64,000 nt of DNA, from positions 173,956 to 237,955 of the forward strand of contig JAGXBC010000001.1 in the NCBI GenBank assembly GCA_018971305.1. The letters run 5' to 3'. This document shows, one piece after another, positions 8,495-19,448 of this stretch; the first letter of the stretch is position 1, and each line of letters starts with the position of its first letter. The stretch is from Patescibacteria group bacterium (lineage in GTDB: Bacteria; Patescibacteriota; Minisyncoccia; UBA6257; 2-01-FULL-56-20). The notes under the pieces were generated by a model that saw nothing but the letters and a program-made list of their open reading frames with translations, was not told the DNA's origin and did no database searches. Both the position numbers and the translations under genes were made by a program.

Positions 8495-11143
8495 CTAATT
8501 GAATACCAAAGAGTCAAGGCGGAAATTTACCTTTACCTTGCTGCCATCTTTCAGTTCCCCGCGGATAATCTTGTCTGCCAATTTATCCAAAATAACCTTC
8601 TGCATTAAGCGCTTAAGGGGGCGCGCTCCATATTCAGCGCTAAAACCTTCTTTAATAAGATATTCGCGGGCAGTTTCGTTCACATCAATTTTAATTTTAT
8701 GGGCATCAAGACGCTTCTGGATCATATCAATCTGGATATCAACTATTTTGCCCAAGTCCTCTTTATTTAGGGGGTTGAAAATCACGATCTCATCTATCCG
8801 GTTCAAAAATTCCGGCCGGAAGCTCTCCCGCAGTGATTCCATAACTTTTTCTTTATAGCCGCCATCCTCGCTATCGCGGCTTATTTCATTATTTGCTGCG
8901 CTGAATCCGAAACGAGACATACCCTTCAAATATTGGCTGCCGACATTTGAGGTCATAATGATTATGGCGTTCTTGAAGTTGACAACCTTGCCTTTGCCGT
9001 CGGTGATGCGCCCGTTATCTAAGATCTGTAGTAACAAATTGAAGACCTCCGGGTGGGCTTTTTCTATTTCATCAAAAAGTATCAAGCTGTATGGCCTGTG
9101 GCGCACTACTTCCGTAAGCTGCCCGCCTTCGTCATAACCGACATAACCCGGTGGCGCTCCAATCAAGCGGCTGGTGGCATGTCTCTCCATATATTCGGAC
9201 ATATCTATGCGCACAAGAGCTTTTTCATCGTTGAACATAAACTCGGCCAGTGCCTTAGCGAGCTCTGTCTTACCGACCCCGGTAGGACCAAGAAACATGA
9301 ATGAACCCAATGGACGATTCTCGTCAGAAAGGCCGGCTCGAGCCCGGCGTAAAGCGTTAGCCACGGCTTTTATGCCGTCCCCTTGGCCGACAACTCGGTT
9401 ATCCAATACATCTTCTATCCTCACGAGCTTGTCGCTTTCTGATTCCAGCATGCGCCGAAGAGGAATACCGGTCCAAACGGAAACCACGGCGGCGACATCC
9501 TCTTTATCCACCGATTCCTTAAGGAACGATTCGTCGGTTGATTTTTTACCCTTCTTGGCGCGAATAGCGCTGAAGTGTTTCTTTTCAAAAGCGGTGAAGT
9601 CTTTTTCGGATTGCGGCAGTTCTCCGTACATTATCTGCGCCGTACGCTCAAGGTTCCCTTCGCGCTCCGCAATTTCGGCTTCACGCTTAAGATTGTCAAC
9701 TTTTTGGCGGAGCTGATGCAGTGTTTCAAACTTGATTTTCTCGGAATGCCAACGCGCGGAAAGCTCGTCATTTGTTTCTTTAAGACCTTTAAGGCCTTTA
9801 TCAATTTCCTTAAGACGCCCGCTGTTGTTTTTTTCTCCCTCTTTACTAAGGGCTTGGCGTTCTACTTCCAAGCGCGTGATATCGCGGCGGATGCCGTCTA
9901 TCTCTTTCGGCAAGCTTTCCGTCTCCAACCTGCGGGCAGCAGCCGCTTCGTCTATCAAATCAACCGCTTTGTCCGGCAAAAATCTATCTGTAATATAGCG
10001 GGATGACAGATTTACCGCCTCAATTATAGCTTCATCCGATATCCGCAAACCGTGATGAATTTCGTATTTTTCCTTTAGGCCTCGCAAAATGGCGATGGAA
10101 TCTTCAATAGACGGCTCTTCAACTATAATCGGCTGAAACCTGCGCTCCAGTGCCGGATCTTTTTCTATATAGCGCTGATATTCGCGGATAGTCGTAGCTC
10201 CGATTGTGTGAAGCTCGCCGCGCGCCAAAGCCGGCTTTAAAAGATTAGAGGCATCTACCGCGCCTTCAGCGGCTCCCGCACCAACGATCGTGTGGATCTC
10301 GTCTATAAAAAGAATTATCTGTCCCGAAGCGTTTTTTATTTCATTAACGAAAGCCTTAAGGCGGTCTTCAAATTCTCCGCGGAATTTAGTACCGGCGATG
10401 AGCGACCCCAGATCTAACATCAAAATTTTCTTATCTTTAAGCGGCTCCGGTACGTCGCCGGAGACTATTCTTTGAGCAAGCCCCTCAACAATGGCGGTCT
10501 TCCCGACTCCGGGTTCTCCGATAAGCGCCGGGTTGTTCTTCGTGCGGCGAGAGAGAACCTGCATCACGCGTCGTAACTCTTCTTCGCGGCCGATGACCGG
10601 ATCAAGTTTTCCGGCCTTAGCTTTTTCGGTTATATCTATAGAATATTTTTCCAGAACCTGGAACTTGCTCTCTGGAGTTTCGTCGGTAATCCGCACGGAG
10701 CCCCTAAGCTGGGCCAATGTCCGCCAAACAGCTTCGCGGCGAACGGCAAACTGGTCTAAAACATTTTTTGCCGCCGAGGGAACCTCTAGAATGGCAAGAA
10801 GCATATGCTCGCAGGAAACAAATTCGTCTTTCTGTTGAGCGGCAACTTTTGCAGCCTGATCCAAAACCTTCATTAACTCCTGGGAAAGATAAAGCTGGCC
10901 TACCGTAGAATTGGCCACAAGCCGCGGCAAGCGGCTCAGTTCCAAATCAACGTTTTCTGCCAATTTTTCTACATTTATTCCTATCCTATTCAGGACAGGA
11001 ATAATTAGAGACGATGGGTCTTCTAATAGTGACGCCAAAAGGTGAAGCGCCTTAAGCTCCCCATGACTTTTCTTGGCCGCAAGTTCCTGGGCGTTCTGCA
11101 AGGCTTCCTGGGCTTTGATTGTGAAACGATGGAAGTTGGGCAT
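8495..11143 (-). CDS. clpB: ATP-dependent chaperone ClpB (Hsp100 disaggregase)
   Basis: 882 aa. Clp N-domain at the start ([22 protein letters not shown]...). Two AAA+ modules with Walker A motifs ([18 protein letters not shown]; [16 protein letters not shown]). A long coiled-coil middle domain lies between them. Confidence 0.95.
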   Translation of the reverse strand: MPNFHRFTIKAQEALQNAQELAAKKSHGELKALHLLASLLEDPSSLIIPVLNRIGINVEKLAENVDLELSRLPRLVANSTVGQLYLSQELMKVLDQAAKVAAQQKDEFVSCEHMLLAILEVPSAAKNVLDQFAVRREAVWRTLAQLRGSVRITDETPESKFQVLEKYSIDITEKAKAGKLDPVIGREEELRRVMQVLSRRTKNNPALIGEPGVGKTAIVEGLAQRIVSGDVPEPLKDKKILMLDLGSLIAGTKFRGEFEDRLKAFVNEIKNASGQIILFIDEIHTIVGAGAAEGAVDASNLLKPALARGELHTIGATTIREYQRYIEKDPALERRFQPIIVEEPSIEDSIAILRGLKEKYEIHHGLRISDEAIIEAVNLSSRYITDRFLPDKAVDLIDEAAAARRLETESLPKEIDGIRRDITRLEVERQALSKEGEKNNSGRLKEIDKGLKGLKETNDELSARWHSEKIKFETLHQLRQKVDNLKREAEIAEREGNLERTAQIMYGELPQSEKDFTAFEKKHFSAIRAKKGKKSTDESFLKESVDKEDVAAVVSVWTGIPLRRMLESESDKLVRIEDVLDNRVVGQGDGIKAVANALRRARAGLSDENRPLGSFMFLGPTGVGKTELAKALAEFMFNDEKALVRIDMSEYMERHATSRLIGAPPGYVGYDEGGQLTEVVRHRPYSLILFDEIEKAHPEVFNLLLQILDNGRITDGKGKVVNFKNAIIIMTSNVGSQYLKGMSRFGFSAANNEISRDSEDGGYKEKVMESLRESFRPEFLNRIDEIVIFNPLNKEDLGKIVDIQIDMIQKRLDAHKIKIDVNETAREYLIKEGFSAEYGARPLKRLMQKVILDKLADKIIRGELKDGSKVKVNFRLDSLVFN

Positions 11144-11299
11144 TGATAAAAATTTTCAATTTCCAATTAATCAATTTTAAAAAGTTTGGAAATTGGAACT
11201 TAATTATATTATAGCAATTCTAGCGCAAAACTATCCCATTGTCAATCTAGGTGTTAGATTGCCAATGACACGCCGTCTTCCCTACTCTACGGATATAAT

Positions 11300-12619
11300 C
11301 TATTGCACCGGCCGCTTCTCAAGTTTCACCGACAATACCATTTCCTTTCCATTACGATTTATTTTGATGGTTATCGCATCGCCGACAGAAAACTGAGAAA
11401 TGACGGCGCCAAGAGAATGGTCGCTGTCAATCTTCTGGTTATTAACCTGCAATATTATATCCTCGGCTTCAATGCCGGCTTTGTCTGCCGGAGAACCGAT
11501 AATAACTCCCGGACCGTCGCTTGAACCGCGGACCAGGGCACCATAATCAACGGCTAATTTCTGTGCTTTCGCTATGTCGGGGGTAACGACAATATACCTT
11601 ACGCCCAAATATGGCACAGAAATTTCTCCGCTCACTTTCACGGAACTTATATCCCGCTTCGCTCTGTTTATCGGAATAGCGAAACCGATGCTCTGAGCTC
11701 CCTGAGCTATGGCGGTATTTATGCCGATAACTTGTCCGCTCAAATTCAAAAGCGGTCCGCCGGAATTTCCCGGATTGATAGCGGCATCGGTCTGGATAAC
11801 ATTATCAATAGTTTCAGACCCCAAATCAGGACCGGAAGCCGTAACAGTACGCGCAAGGCCGGATATCACGCCAACGGAAACGGTGTTTCGGAATTCTCCG
11901 AGGGCGTTGCCGATAGCGATGGAAGTCTGGCCCAATTCAACCGCGTCGGAATCTCCGAGTTCAACGGTCGGCAAGCCATGCGCATCTATCTTGAGAACCG
12001 CCAAATCCTGGCTCGGGTCAACAGCCGAAATCTTCGCATTATATTTTTTCCCGTCATTCGTGAAAACCGTGTAAGATGCGGTCTTATCACCGGCAACATG
12101 CTTATTAGTCAGGATCAGGCCGTCGGAAGAAATGATAAATCCAGAACCTCCTCCGACTTCCTGGAGTTGAGTCTTGCCCGTATCGCAAGGCACGCTGAAC
12201 TGAGGGAGATCGTTTCCAAAAAACTGCTGGAATTCCGGCGGCAGATTGCCGAAAGAATTTTGCGGACAATTTTCTATTATCGGGACATTCTTGGAAATTG
12301 TAATGGAGACCACAGCCGGGGACGCTTTCTTAACAGCATCCACGACAGCTTTTTCGTAGTCAACGACCGGCTTATAGGGCGACACACTGTTGTTGTCCGT
12401 AGGCGGAACAGTGCCGGTAGCGTTACCTCCTCCGAACATCTGGGTGCTTGTGGATATTCCGCCCAAGAAGGGAGAAATAAGATTATTGAAAAAATCGTTA
12501 AAAAAATTGGCTTTGGCCGGCTGGGCATTGATAAATCCGCCGAAAAATAAGCCCGTGGCCAGCCCTAATGCCAAAAAACCGAGAAATTTTTTATTTTCCT
12601 TGAAAATTCCCATCTTCAA
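11300..12619 (-). CDS. HtrA/DegP-family trypsin-like serine protease with C-terminal PDZ domain
   Basis: N-terminal membrane anchor. Catalytic motifs are GSGFIISSDGLILTNKHV (His), DLAVLKID (Asp) and GNSGGPLLNLSGQVIGINTAI (Ser). A PDZ-like C-terminus follows. Confidence 0.9.
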   Translation of the reverse strand: MKMGIFKENKKFLGFLALGLATGLFFGGFINAQPAKANFFNDFFNNLISPFLGGISTSTQMFGGGNATGTVPPTDNNSVSPYKPVVDYEKAVVDAVKKASPAVVSITISKNVPIIENCPQNSFGNLPPEFQQFFGNDLPQFSVPCDTGKTQLQEVGGGSGFIISSDGLILTNKHVAGDKTASYTVFTNDGKKYNAKISAVDPSQDLAVLKIDAHGLPTVELGDSDAVELGQTSIAIGNALGEFRNTVSVGVISGLARTVTASGPDLGSETIDNVIQTDAAINPGNSGGPLLNLSGQVIGINTAIAQGAQSIGFAIPINRAKRDISSVKVSGEISVPYLGVRYIVVTPDIAKAQKLAVDYGALVRGSSDGPGVIIGSPADKAGIEAEDIILQVNNQKIDSDHSLGAVISQFSVGDAITIKINRNGKEMVLSVKLEKRPVQ

Positions 12620-12742
12620 TAATTTATTACGTTAATAAAATTAAAAAAGTTACATTCTTTATTATACTCGGCAACAAAGATGAAATAAACAATATTTTCC
12701 CGCTTATTCCCCGGGAACGAACCGATCTCTTGGACTAAGCGA

Positions 12743-13930
12743 TTATAAACAATTTTTAATAACAGTTAGCGCATTATCAACCTCTACCTTCGTCGTCGGC
12801 CCGCCTAAACTGAAGCGGATACTCTGCCTCGCGCGTTCCTTTGGATATCCAAGAGCTTCAATCACATAAGAACTATCCACTGCACGGCTGCGGCAGGCGG
12901 AACCGGCGGAAACCGCGAGGCCGGCCAAATCAAATTCAGCAAGCAAGTCCTCGGCTTTGCGACCCGGGAAATAAACATTAATAATATTCGGCAATTTATC
13001 GGCAGAATTTTCCGGACCGTTGATTTCCGCCTGCGAACAAATTTTCTTGAGCTCATCCCAAAAATAATCGCGTAGTTCTAAGATTCTCTTACTTTCTAAT
13101 TCCCGCCTGCCGACAGGCAGGCGCGCGCCTACGCCTATGAGCTCCACTGCTTTAGAAAAACCGACGATTGCCGGCACGTTCTCCGTGCCGCTACGCCAGC
13201 CAAATTCCTGCCCGCCGCCGGTCAGAATCGGAGCGAGGACAGAACCGTTTCTTATGTATAGTGCACCAACTCCTTTTGGTCCGTAAATCTTATGCGCGGA
13301 TAGAGTCATCAAGTCAATTCCAAGTTTTTCGACGCCGCAATCCAAAAACTGCAGCGCCTGCGCCGCGTCCGTATGAAGTAACGGATAAAACTTATCGTTC
13401 CTGAAATCCGAAACGGTCCTAGACAATCGTTCAATATTGTTAACGGCACCAATCTCGTTGTTCGCGTACATAATCGAAACCAAAGCCGTCCGCTCGTTTA
13501 GCTCTCTCGCCAAATCAGCCGGGTCAACAATTCCTCTTTTATCTACCGGCAAACGAACGACTTCAGCTCCGTCTTTTTCTAAATCCTGAGCCGTCTCCAA
13601 AACGGATTCGTGCTCTATACAAGAAATGATGATCTTGGGATTTTTTATATTGTTTCTAACAACCCTTATCGCACCGCGCAAAGCCAAATTATTTGCCTCC
13701 GTAGCGGAACCGGTGAAAATAATCTCTCTAAACTCGGCGCCGATTGCTTTGGCGATAGTCTCCCGCGAGGCATCAACGGCAGACAATGCCTCCTGCCCAA
13801 AAGAATGCAATGACCCGGGATTGCCGAATATATCCCTAAAATACGGCTGCATCGCCTCAAGCACGCGCGGATCCACGGGCGTAGAGGCGGCGTAATCAAA
13901 ATAAAGTCGCATATTCCTTAGAGAATTCAA
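12743..13930 (-). CDS. iscS: cysteine desulfurase (class V aminotransferase, IscS/NifS group)
   Basis: PLP-lysine motif SAHKIYGPKGVGALYIR. C-terminal SAGSACRS active-site cysteine loop. 395 aa. Confidence 0.85.
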   Translation of the reverse strand: MNSLRNMRLYFDYAASTPVDPRVLEAMQPYFRDIFGNPGSLHSFGQEALSAVDASRETIAKAIGAEFREIIFTGSATEANNLALRGAIRVVRNNIKNPKIIISCIEHESVLETAQDLEKDGAEVVRLPVDKRGIVDPADLARELNERTALVSIMYANNEIGAVNNIERLSRTVSDFRNDKFYPLLHTDAAQALQFLDCGVEKLGIDLMTLSAHKIYGPKGVGALYIRNGSVLAPILTGGGQEFGWRSGTENVPAIVGFSKAVELIGVGARLPVGRRELESKRILELRDYFWDELKKICSQAEINGPENSADKLPNIINVYFPGRKAEDLLAEFDLAGLAVSAGSACRSRAVDSSYVIEALGYPKERARQSIRFSLGGPTTKVEVDNALTVIKNCL

Positions 13931-14468
13931 CTTTAATCACCTTCCCGGTCTTCTTGTCGGGAATCATAAAAAATCTCTGCTTGATGTATAGATCATAAAG
14001 CTTTTTCGTAAGTTCAACATCTTTAAGACAATAGGATTTAAGTTCCTCAATCTTGCCTTCTTTATATAAACTGATTGCCTCTGAACCATGGCGGTCTTTT
14101 TTTACACCCAAATTAGCTTCCGACAACCTGGATAAACTTATCCTCTGTCCCGCAGCCATTTCAATCTCCTGGAGCAAATCCACCCGTTCTTTCTCCCAAA
14201 TGTTCTGCATCGGAATACCAAACCTCTGGAAATAAAGATTCAAGACGGGGATATCATAACTATTCATGCTGAAACCGACGATGCGGCTCGCATCGGCAAA
14301 AAGTTCGGCGAGCTGAGACATCTCCGACTCTTCAAAGCAAAAATATTTGTCGCGCATATAGGAATAAACGCCGACTACGGATATTTTGAGAGCCTCAAAA
14401 TTATCCCGGCCAACCCCGGGGTCTGTGAAAAAATTAGATGTTTCTATGTCAAAGACAATCGTGTCCAT
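13896..14468 (-). CDS. predicted RNase H-fold 3'-5' exonuclease (DEDD/PolB-exonuclease-like)
   Basis: The probable start is the internal Met of MDTIVFDIETSNFF, a classic Exo I DxE motif. About 190 aa. Adjacent to the preceding ORF. Confidence 0.55.
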   Translation of the reverse strand: MDTIVFDIETSNFFTDPGVGRDNFEALKISVVGVYSYMRDKYFCFEESEMSQLAELFADASRIVGFSMNSYDIPVLNLYFQRFGIPMQNIWEKERVDLLQEIEMAAGQRISLSRLSEANLGVKKDRHGSEAISLYKEGKIEELKSYCLKDVELTKKLYDLYIKQRFFMIPDKKTGKVIKVEFSKEYATLF

Positions 14469-14469
14469 T

Positions 14470-14949
14470 TTATACGTGCCTATCGGCAACGTTGGTCGCC
14501 GCGTAACTTTCCGGCTTGGTTTTAGCTTCAAAATTATTGGCGCGGATCATACCTACGACCTCCTGGATCATAGGGCTCGTAGGGCCGTTCGCGCCGACAT
14601 CGGCATGGATCTCAAACTCAAACTGCACCTCTGGGAATTTTTTCAGCTCCTCAAGCAGATCTTTTGCTATATCTATCGATATCAGGACTTCCTTGATTAT
14701 TCTGTCGCGCAAAGTATGGAGTTTGTCCATCTCGAACCGCCTCCAGAAATATCTGCCGCCGTTCCCCATGCGATGGACAACGATAGCCGTAACAAAATCG
14801 GCCTTATTGTGCGGCAAACGCTCGGAATCGGTTCCGATCGTAACCTTATAGTGATAGCGGTCGTCTTCTTTAATAAAACGGATTAATTCCTGAACAACCT
14901 GTTTAACGGTGAGCTTTAAGCCAAGGGATGAGTTTAAAAATTCTGGCAT
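14470..14949 (-). CDS. hypothetical protein (possibly DUF458/YkuK-like RNase H-fold)
   Basis: 159-aa ORF with no clear motif. The family assignment comes from recall only. Confidence 0.35.
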   Translation of the reverse strand: MPEFLNSSLGLKLTVKQVVQELIRFIKEDDRYHYKVTIGTDSERLPHNKADFVTAIVVHRMGNGGRYFWRRFEMDKLHTLRDRIIKEVLISIDIAKDLLEELKKFPEVQFEFEIHADVGANGPTSPMIQEVVGMIRANNFEAKTKPESYAATNVADRHV

Positions 14950-15024
14950 ACTCTGGACTATAAGCCGCGATCATCGATTTTGTCAATAAAAACAGCGCAA
15001 AAACTCATAGGCAGGATTATTAAA

Positions 15025-16309
15025 TCACTTTATCAACCCCGACAATTTTTTAAATTCGACACTTACAATCTTTGGCGTTTTGGCTTCAATATTCAGGCGT
15101 AAAAGAGGCTCGGTATTGGACTCTCGAATATTGAACCACCAATCTTGAAATTCCATCGTAAGACCGTCTAGGTGGGAAACCCTGTTTGTCCGACGCCGAT
15201 AAATATTTTCAATAGTTTTAACCGTACCTCTTTTATTTTTGACGACAAAGTTAGTTTCTTTAATACGATAATATGCCGGCAAAGAATCAAGCCAAGAAGA
15301 AAGTTTTTGCCCGGCCAGATTTAACTCACCCACGGCATTAGCAAAATGGACCATCGCCCTGATACCAGAATCAAAATAACTTTTATTCCGACCGAACTTA
15401 TTTTCAAAATAAATATGCCCGGAGAATTCCACTCCGAGTTTTATATTCTTGGCCTTCATTGTTCTCTTAATAAAATAGTGGCCGACGCGAGATTCAATAA
15501 ATTTAAGCGGAGATTTTTTAACCAGCCAACCCATACGCAGATCAATAAGATACGGAGAAGGAAAATCTCTCGCCAAGAGCAAGGCAACGGCCTCCTGCGG
15601 CACCAGGCGCCCGCGATCGTCCACGAAAAATACCCTGTCTCCGTCGGCATCGAAAATCGCACCGAAGTCCGCTTTTATTTTTTTGACGCGGCTTATTATG
15701 TCGGTCATGGCGCCGCCTGCCCAAGGGTCCGGCCCGTGCGCGGGGAATTTACCGTCCGGACTAGAGTTTATCAAATCTATAAATAATTTATTGCTCTTTA
15801 GCCGGCGCAAAACCGAACCGACCGTACCATTCGATGAGTCGCAAACACAACGCAAATTCGCTTCCAGCTTCAAAAATTTTTTCAGATAATCGGCGTAAAT
15901 CTTGGCGCATTCCATTCTATTGGCCGATAACTGATTTTTTAATATCCTCGCCGCTTATCGGCACCGCAGCTGCGCCGACTACCTTCAAACCGTTATATTC
16001 TCCGGGATTATGCGAAGCGGTTATCATTATTCCTCCCGAAGCCCTGAAATAATTGACGAAGAAATAAAGCATCGGCGTAGTAGAGACACCGATGGATATT
16101 ATTTTTATTCCCTTGAATTTTTTGAGACCGGCGATGGCGGCAGCGTAAAGCCGCGGCGAGCTCAAACGCGCGTCGCGCGCCACAACCACTTTTCCTTTTT
16201 TGAAAAATTTCTGTAGGCCACCGACTATCTTTTTAACGTTTTCTTCATTAATGGCATCCGGATATTTACCACGAATATCATAGGCCTTAAAAATTGATTG
16301 CGGAATCAT
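15025..16309 (-). pseudogene. phosphoglucomutase/phosphomannomutase interrupted by a frameshift in an A6 run
   Basis: The 16309..15917 ORF carries domain I (FKAYDIRG, active-site TASHNPGEYNG). The 15915..15025 ORF carries domains II-IV (DADGDRVFFVDDRG, ESNTEPLLRL). Deleting one A from the AAAAAA run at 15935-15940 restores one continuous frame (...DIKNQLSANRMECAK...). Confidence 0.7.
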
Positions 16310-16391
16310 TGTCTAATTATAGCTCATAATGTCAGGGATGAAATTCTGCCGCTCTTTTTTATTGTGAGAATATAGTAGAATTTACATATAA

Positions 16392-18503
16392 ATGGCAAAA
16401 CGCAACGGTAAGAAAAATAACGACGAAGGCGATAGATATTATTCGCCGAGATCGCCCCGCCTCCACCCCGATGCCAAAAAAAGCGTCTGGGCGATAGCCT
16501 TCGCGGGCTTGGCGATAATTCTCGCACTCGCCGCATTTGATAAGGCAGGACCAGCAGGCGAGCTGGCGTATAAGGCGCTTGTAACCCTCTTGGGCTGGGG
16601 ATATTTTATTTTGCCCGCGGCACTGCTCTTCGCCGCAGGTATGCTGATATTCTCGGAAAGAGAAAAGGTTGTGAGTATGACGCTTTTGGGCTCGGGGCTG
16701 TTCGTTCTCGCGGTTTTAGGGCTTATCGAACTGTTCTCTCCGGGCAACGGCGGCTGGCTCGGATTTATTCTCGGTGCGCTGAAGATTCCCTTCGGCGAAA
16801 CCGCGGCAATAATCATAAACATCATTATCCTTATCATATCCGGGGTCATCGCTTCCAACGTCCCATTGAAATTCAAATGGCCCGAAAAGGAGGCTTCTCC
16901 TCTTATAACCGGCTCGGAAATAAAAACAAAAATTAAAAATCCTGCCGTAGACGAAGAAGCAGGTCAGGAAGCAAGTCCAGAAGAAAGAGAAGAAGAAATT
17001 ATCCCTGCCGTTGAGGCCTATGCCGCCCCGTCTTTAAAAAATAAAAGGGCGGCCGTAACGGCAAAAAAATTCGCGGACTATGTTCCCCCGCCGCTATCGC
17101 TCCTCAAATCTGCGAGCGATAAACCGACTACCGGAGATCTCCTTGCTAACGCCAACGTCATCAAAAGAACTTTGGACAGCTTTGGTATCCCCGTAGAAAT
17201 GGGGGAAATAAATGTTGGACCGGCTGTCACGCGCTATACTCTTAAGCCAGCGGAGGGCGTAAAACTTTCTCGTATTGAGGCGCTGCATAATGACCTGGCA
17301 CTCGCTCTCGCCGCGCACCCCATAAGGATAGAGGCACCGATTCCAGGAAAGTCACTTGTGGGAATTGAGGTCCCTAATAAAGCAGCGGCCTTGGTGCGCC
17401 TCGGAAGCCTGATGGCCTATCCTGAATTCCAAAAATCCGGGCCGCTGGGATTTGTGCTTGGGAGAGATGTTTCCGGGGAACCGGTTTTTGCCGATATAGA
17501 AAAAATGCCGCACATGCTTGTTGCCGGAGCGACAGGAGCCGGGAAATCAATTCTCATCCACTCTCTTTTAGCCTCACTTCTATACAAAAATTCACCGGCG
17601 ACATTGAAGATGATACTCATAGACCCAAAGAGAGTGGAGTTGTCCATATATAACGGCCTGCCGCATCTTGTAAACCCAGTGATAACGGAAAATAAGAAAG
17701 CCGCCGGCGTATTCAAGTGGGCGATAAACGAGATGGAGCGGCGCTACGACTTACTCCTTCACGCCGGCAGCCGGGATATAAAAAGCTACAACGCTAACGG
17801 CGGCAAGGACGACCCGCTCCCCTATCTTCTTATAGTCATAGATGAACTCGCAGACCTTATGGCCTCATATGGCCGCGAAGTTGAGGGCTCAATCGTCCGG
17901 CTCGCACAGATGGCGAGGGCGACAGGATTGCATCTCGTCCTTTCCACACAGCGGCCATCCGTGGAAGTTATAACTGGCCTGATTAAGGCAAATATTACGG
18001 CGCGCATCGCGCTTCAGGTCGCAAGCCAGATAGATTCGCGGACGATCTTGGACACATCCGGAGCCGAAAAACTTTTGGGCCGTGGCGACTTATTATTTAT
18101 TTCCTCGGATCTTTCTAAACCCAAGAGGATCCAGAGTTCATATATAACAGAGGAAGAAGTAAATAAGGTCACGGATTTTATTCGGGAAAATAATCGCAGC
18201 TCTCCCGCAGGAACAGAAGAAGTAAATTTCGAAGTTAAGAACTCCGAAAACGGCGGCGTTCCGGCTAATGGCGAAAATATGTTTGATGAATTTCTTGAGG
18301 ATGATGACGACGAAATGTACGATGAAGCTGTAAACGTTGTCCGCGAAGCTAAAAAGGCTTCAGCCTCTCTTCTGCAGCGCCGCCTTAAACTGGGCTATGC
18401 CCGCGCAGCCCGCCTGCTTGATCTTATGGAAGCGAAGGGTCTTATCGGCCCCGGAGATGGCGCCAAACCTCGGGAAGTATTTATAGACGATCTACCTGAA
18501 TAG
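16392..18503 (+). CDS. ftsK: DNA translocase FtsK/SpoIIIE
   Basis: N-terminal transmembrane helices. Motor domain Walker A LVAGATGAGKSILIHS. C-terminal winged-helix gamma domain ...SLLQRRLKLGYARAARLLDLMEAKGLIGP. Confidence 0.9.
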   Translation: MAKRNGKKNNDEGDRYYSPRSPRLHPDAKKSVWAIAFAGLAIILALAAFDKAGPAGELAYKALVTLLGWGYFILPAALLFAAGMLIFSEREKVVSMTLLGSGLFVLAVLGLIELFSPGNGGWLGFILGALKIPFGETAAIIINIIILIISGVIASNVPLKFKWPEKEASPLITGSEIKTKIKNPAVDEEAGQEASPEEREEEIIPAVEAYAAPSLKNKRAAVTAKKFADYVPPPLSLLKSASDKPTTGDLLANANVIKRTLDSFGIPVEMGEINVGPAVTRYTLKPAEGVKLSRIEALHNDLALALAAHPIRIEAPIPGKSLVGIEVPNKAAALVRLGSLMAYPEFQKSGPLGFVLGRDVSGEPVFADIEKMPHMLVAGATGAGKSILIHSLLASLLYKNSPATLKMILIDPKRVELSIYNGLPHLVNPVITENKKAAGVFKWAINEMERRYDLLLHAGSRDIKSYNANGGKDDPLPYLLIVIDELADLMASYGREVEGSIVRLAQMARATGLHLVLSTQRPSVEVITGLIKANITARIALQVASQIDSRTILDTSGAEKLLGRGDLLFISSDLSKPKRIQSSYITEEEVNKVTDFIRENNRSSPAGTEEVNFEVKNSENGGVPANGENMFDEFLEDDDDEMYDEAVNVVREAKKASASLLQRRLKLGYARAARLLDLMEAKGLIGPGDGAKPREVFIDDLPE

Positions 18504-18522
18504 AGAAGCATTAGGCTAGAAG

Positions 18523-18550
18523 CTCTCCACCCTCAGTGGAGGCTTTTTTA
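18523..18550 (+). terminator. rho-independent terminator of ftsK
   Basis: CTCCAC-CCTCA-GTGGAG hairpin followed by GCTTTTTT. Confidence 0.65.
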
Positions 18551-18681
18551 TTATCTGCCCGCTGATACCCAGCCGCTTGCGGCGGGGATGAAGCGGTGCG
18601 CAGATAATAAACCCCGCCGACGGCGGGGTGAATAACCGCCTTGCTGTAAGCAGATACCGCGCTGCTTGCAGCGCGGTTATT
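18548..18681 (+). other. about 130-nt nested inverted-repeat intergenic element (possible structured RNA or cis-regulatory element)
   Basis: Four inverted-repeat pairs. TTATTATCTGC (18548-18558) pairs with GCAGATAATAA (18600-18610). CCCCGCCG-A-CGGCGGGG sits at 18612-18628. AATAACCGC (18631-18639) pairs with GCGGTTATT (18673-18681). The last encloses the 18-nt palindrome CGCGCTGCTTGCAGCGCG. Confidence 0.4.
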
Positions 18682-18683
18682 CA

Positions 18684-18713
18684 TTTACAAAAATTTAAAT
18701 ATGGCGGTATAAT
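18684..18713 (+). promoter_or_regulatory. sigma70-type promoter for the RodZ-like/recA unit
   Basis: TTTACA (18684-18689), 18-nt spacer, TATAAT (18708-18713), about 30 nt upstream of ATG 18745. Confidence 0.55.
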
Positions 18714-18744
18714 CCTTTAGTCAACCAGTTAATAATATTTCCAA

Positions 18745-19416
18745 ATGGAAAACGAAGAATTGAATTTCGCGGAGTTTCTCAGGGAGAGGATAAAAGACAC
18801 GGGAATAAATATTAAAAAACTATCCGATGCCTCGGGGATCGCTGTTAAGCACCTCGAAGGGATGTTAAGCGGCAACCTGGAAAATCTTCCGTCCGCGCCA
18901 TACTTCCGGGGATATTTAATAAGGCTCGGAGAAATTTTGAATTTTGATTTTGAACCTTGGTGGAGCTCCCTAAAAAACAGCGGAGCAATAAAGGGAGCCC
19001 ATGCACCCCTGCCGAAGAATAGGTTCGTCAGGAAGTCCATCCCAAAGATTGCCTGGGTCGGAACATTTGTCGCAATTATTATAATTTATTTTCTATTTCA
19101 GTACTCGCATATTCTGGGCAAGCCGGAAATAACCCTAATTTCTCCATCCGGAAATCCCGCTTTATCCTTAGTCAACCAAGTAGACATAAGCGGTTCCCTG
19201 AATAATGGCGGAACGCTTTATATAAATGGTGAGCAGATAAGCATTAATAAGGATGGTACCTGGTCCAAAATGGTGCTCCTCCAAACGGGCATCAACTCTC
19301 TGAAAATAACCGCCAAAAAATTCTTAGGAGGGGAAACTAGCATCATGGAACAGATAATTTATCAGCCGCAAACAACCTCATCAGCTCCCGCACAGGCATT
19401 TAATCAATACAATTGA
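18745..19416 (+). CDS. RodZ-like membrane protein (N-terminal HTH, single TM, C-terminal domain)
   Basis: N-terminal XRE-like HTH ([36 protein letters not shown]). TM helix [19 protein letters not shown]. Extracytoplasmic C-terminal domain. Confidence 0.55.
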   Translation: MENEELNFAEFLRERIKDTGINIKKLSDASGIAVKHLEGMLSGNLENLPSAPYFRGYLIRLGEILNFDFEPWWSSLKNSGAIKGAHAPLPKNRFVRKSIPKIAWVGTFVAIIIIYFLFQYSHILGKPEITLISPSGNPALSLVNQVDISGSLNNGGTLYINGEQISINKDGTWSKMVLLQTGINSLKITAKKFLGGETSIMEQIIYQPQTTSSAPAQAFNQYN

Positions 19417-19448
19417 CAACTTTATCCGTGCGCGTAAAATTAATTCCA

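Noticed and set aside
9174-10006. Plus-strand ORFs of 143-180 aa
   Set aside because: Antisense to clpB.
11732-12550. 272-aa plus-strand ORF
   Set aside because: Entirely antisense to the conserved HtrA protease gene. Arg/Ser-rich translation typical of an antisense frame.
15346-15786. 146-aa plus-strand ORF
   Set aside because: Antisense to the phosphomannomutase domains II-IV.
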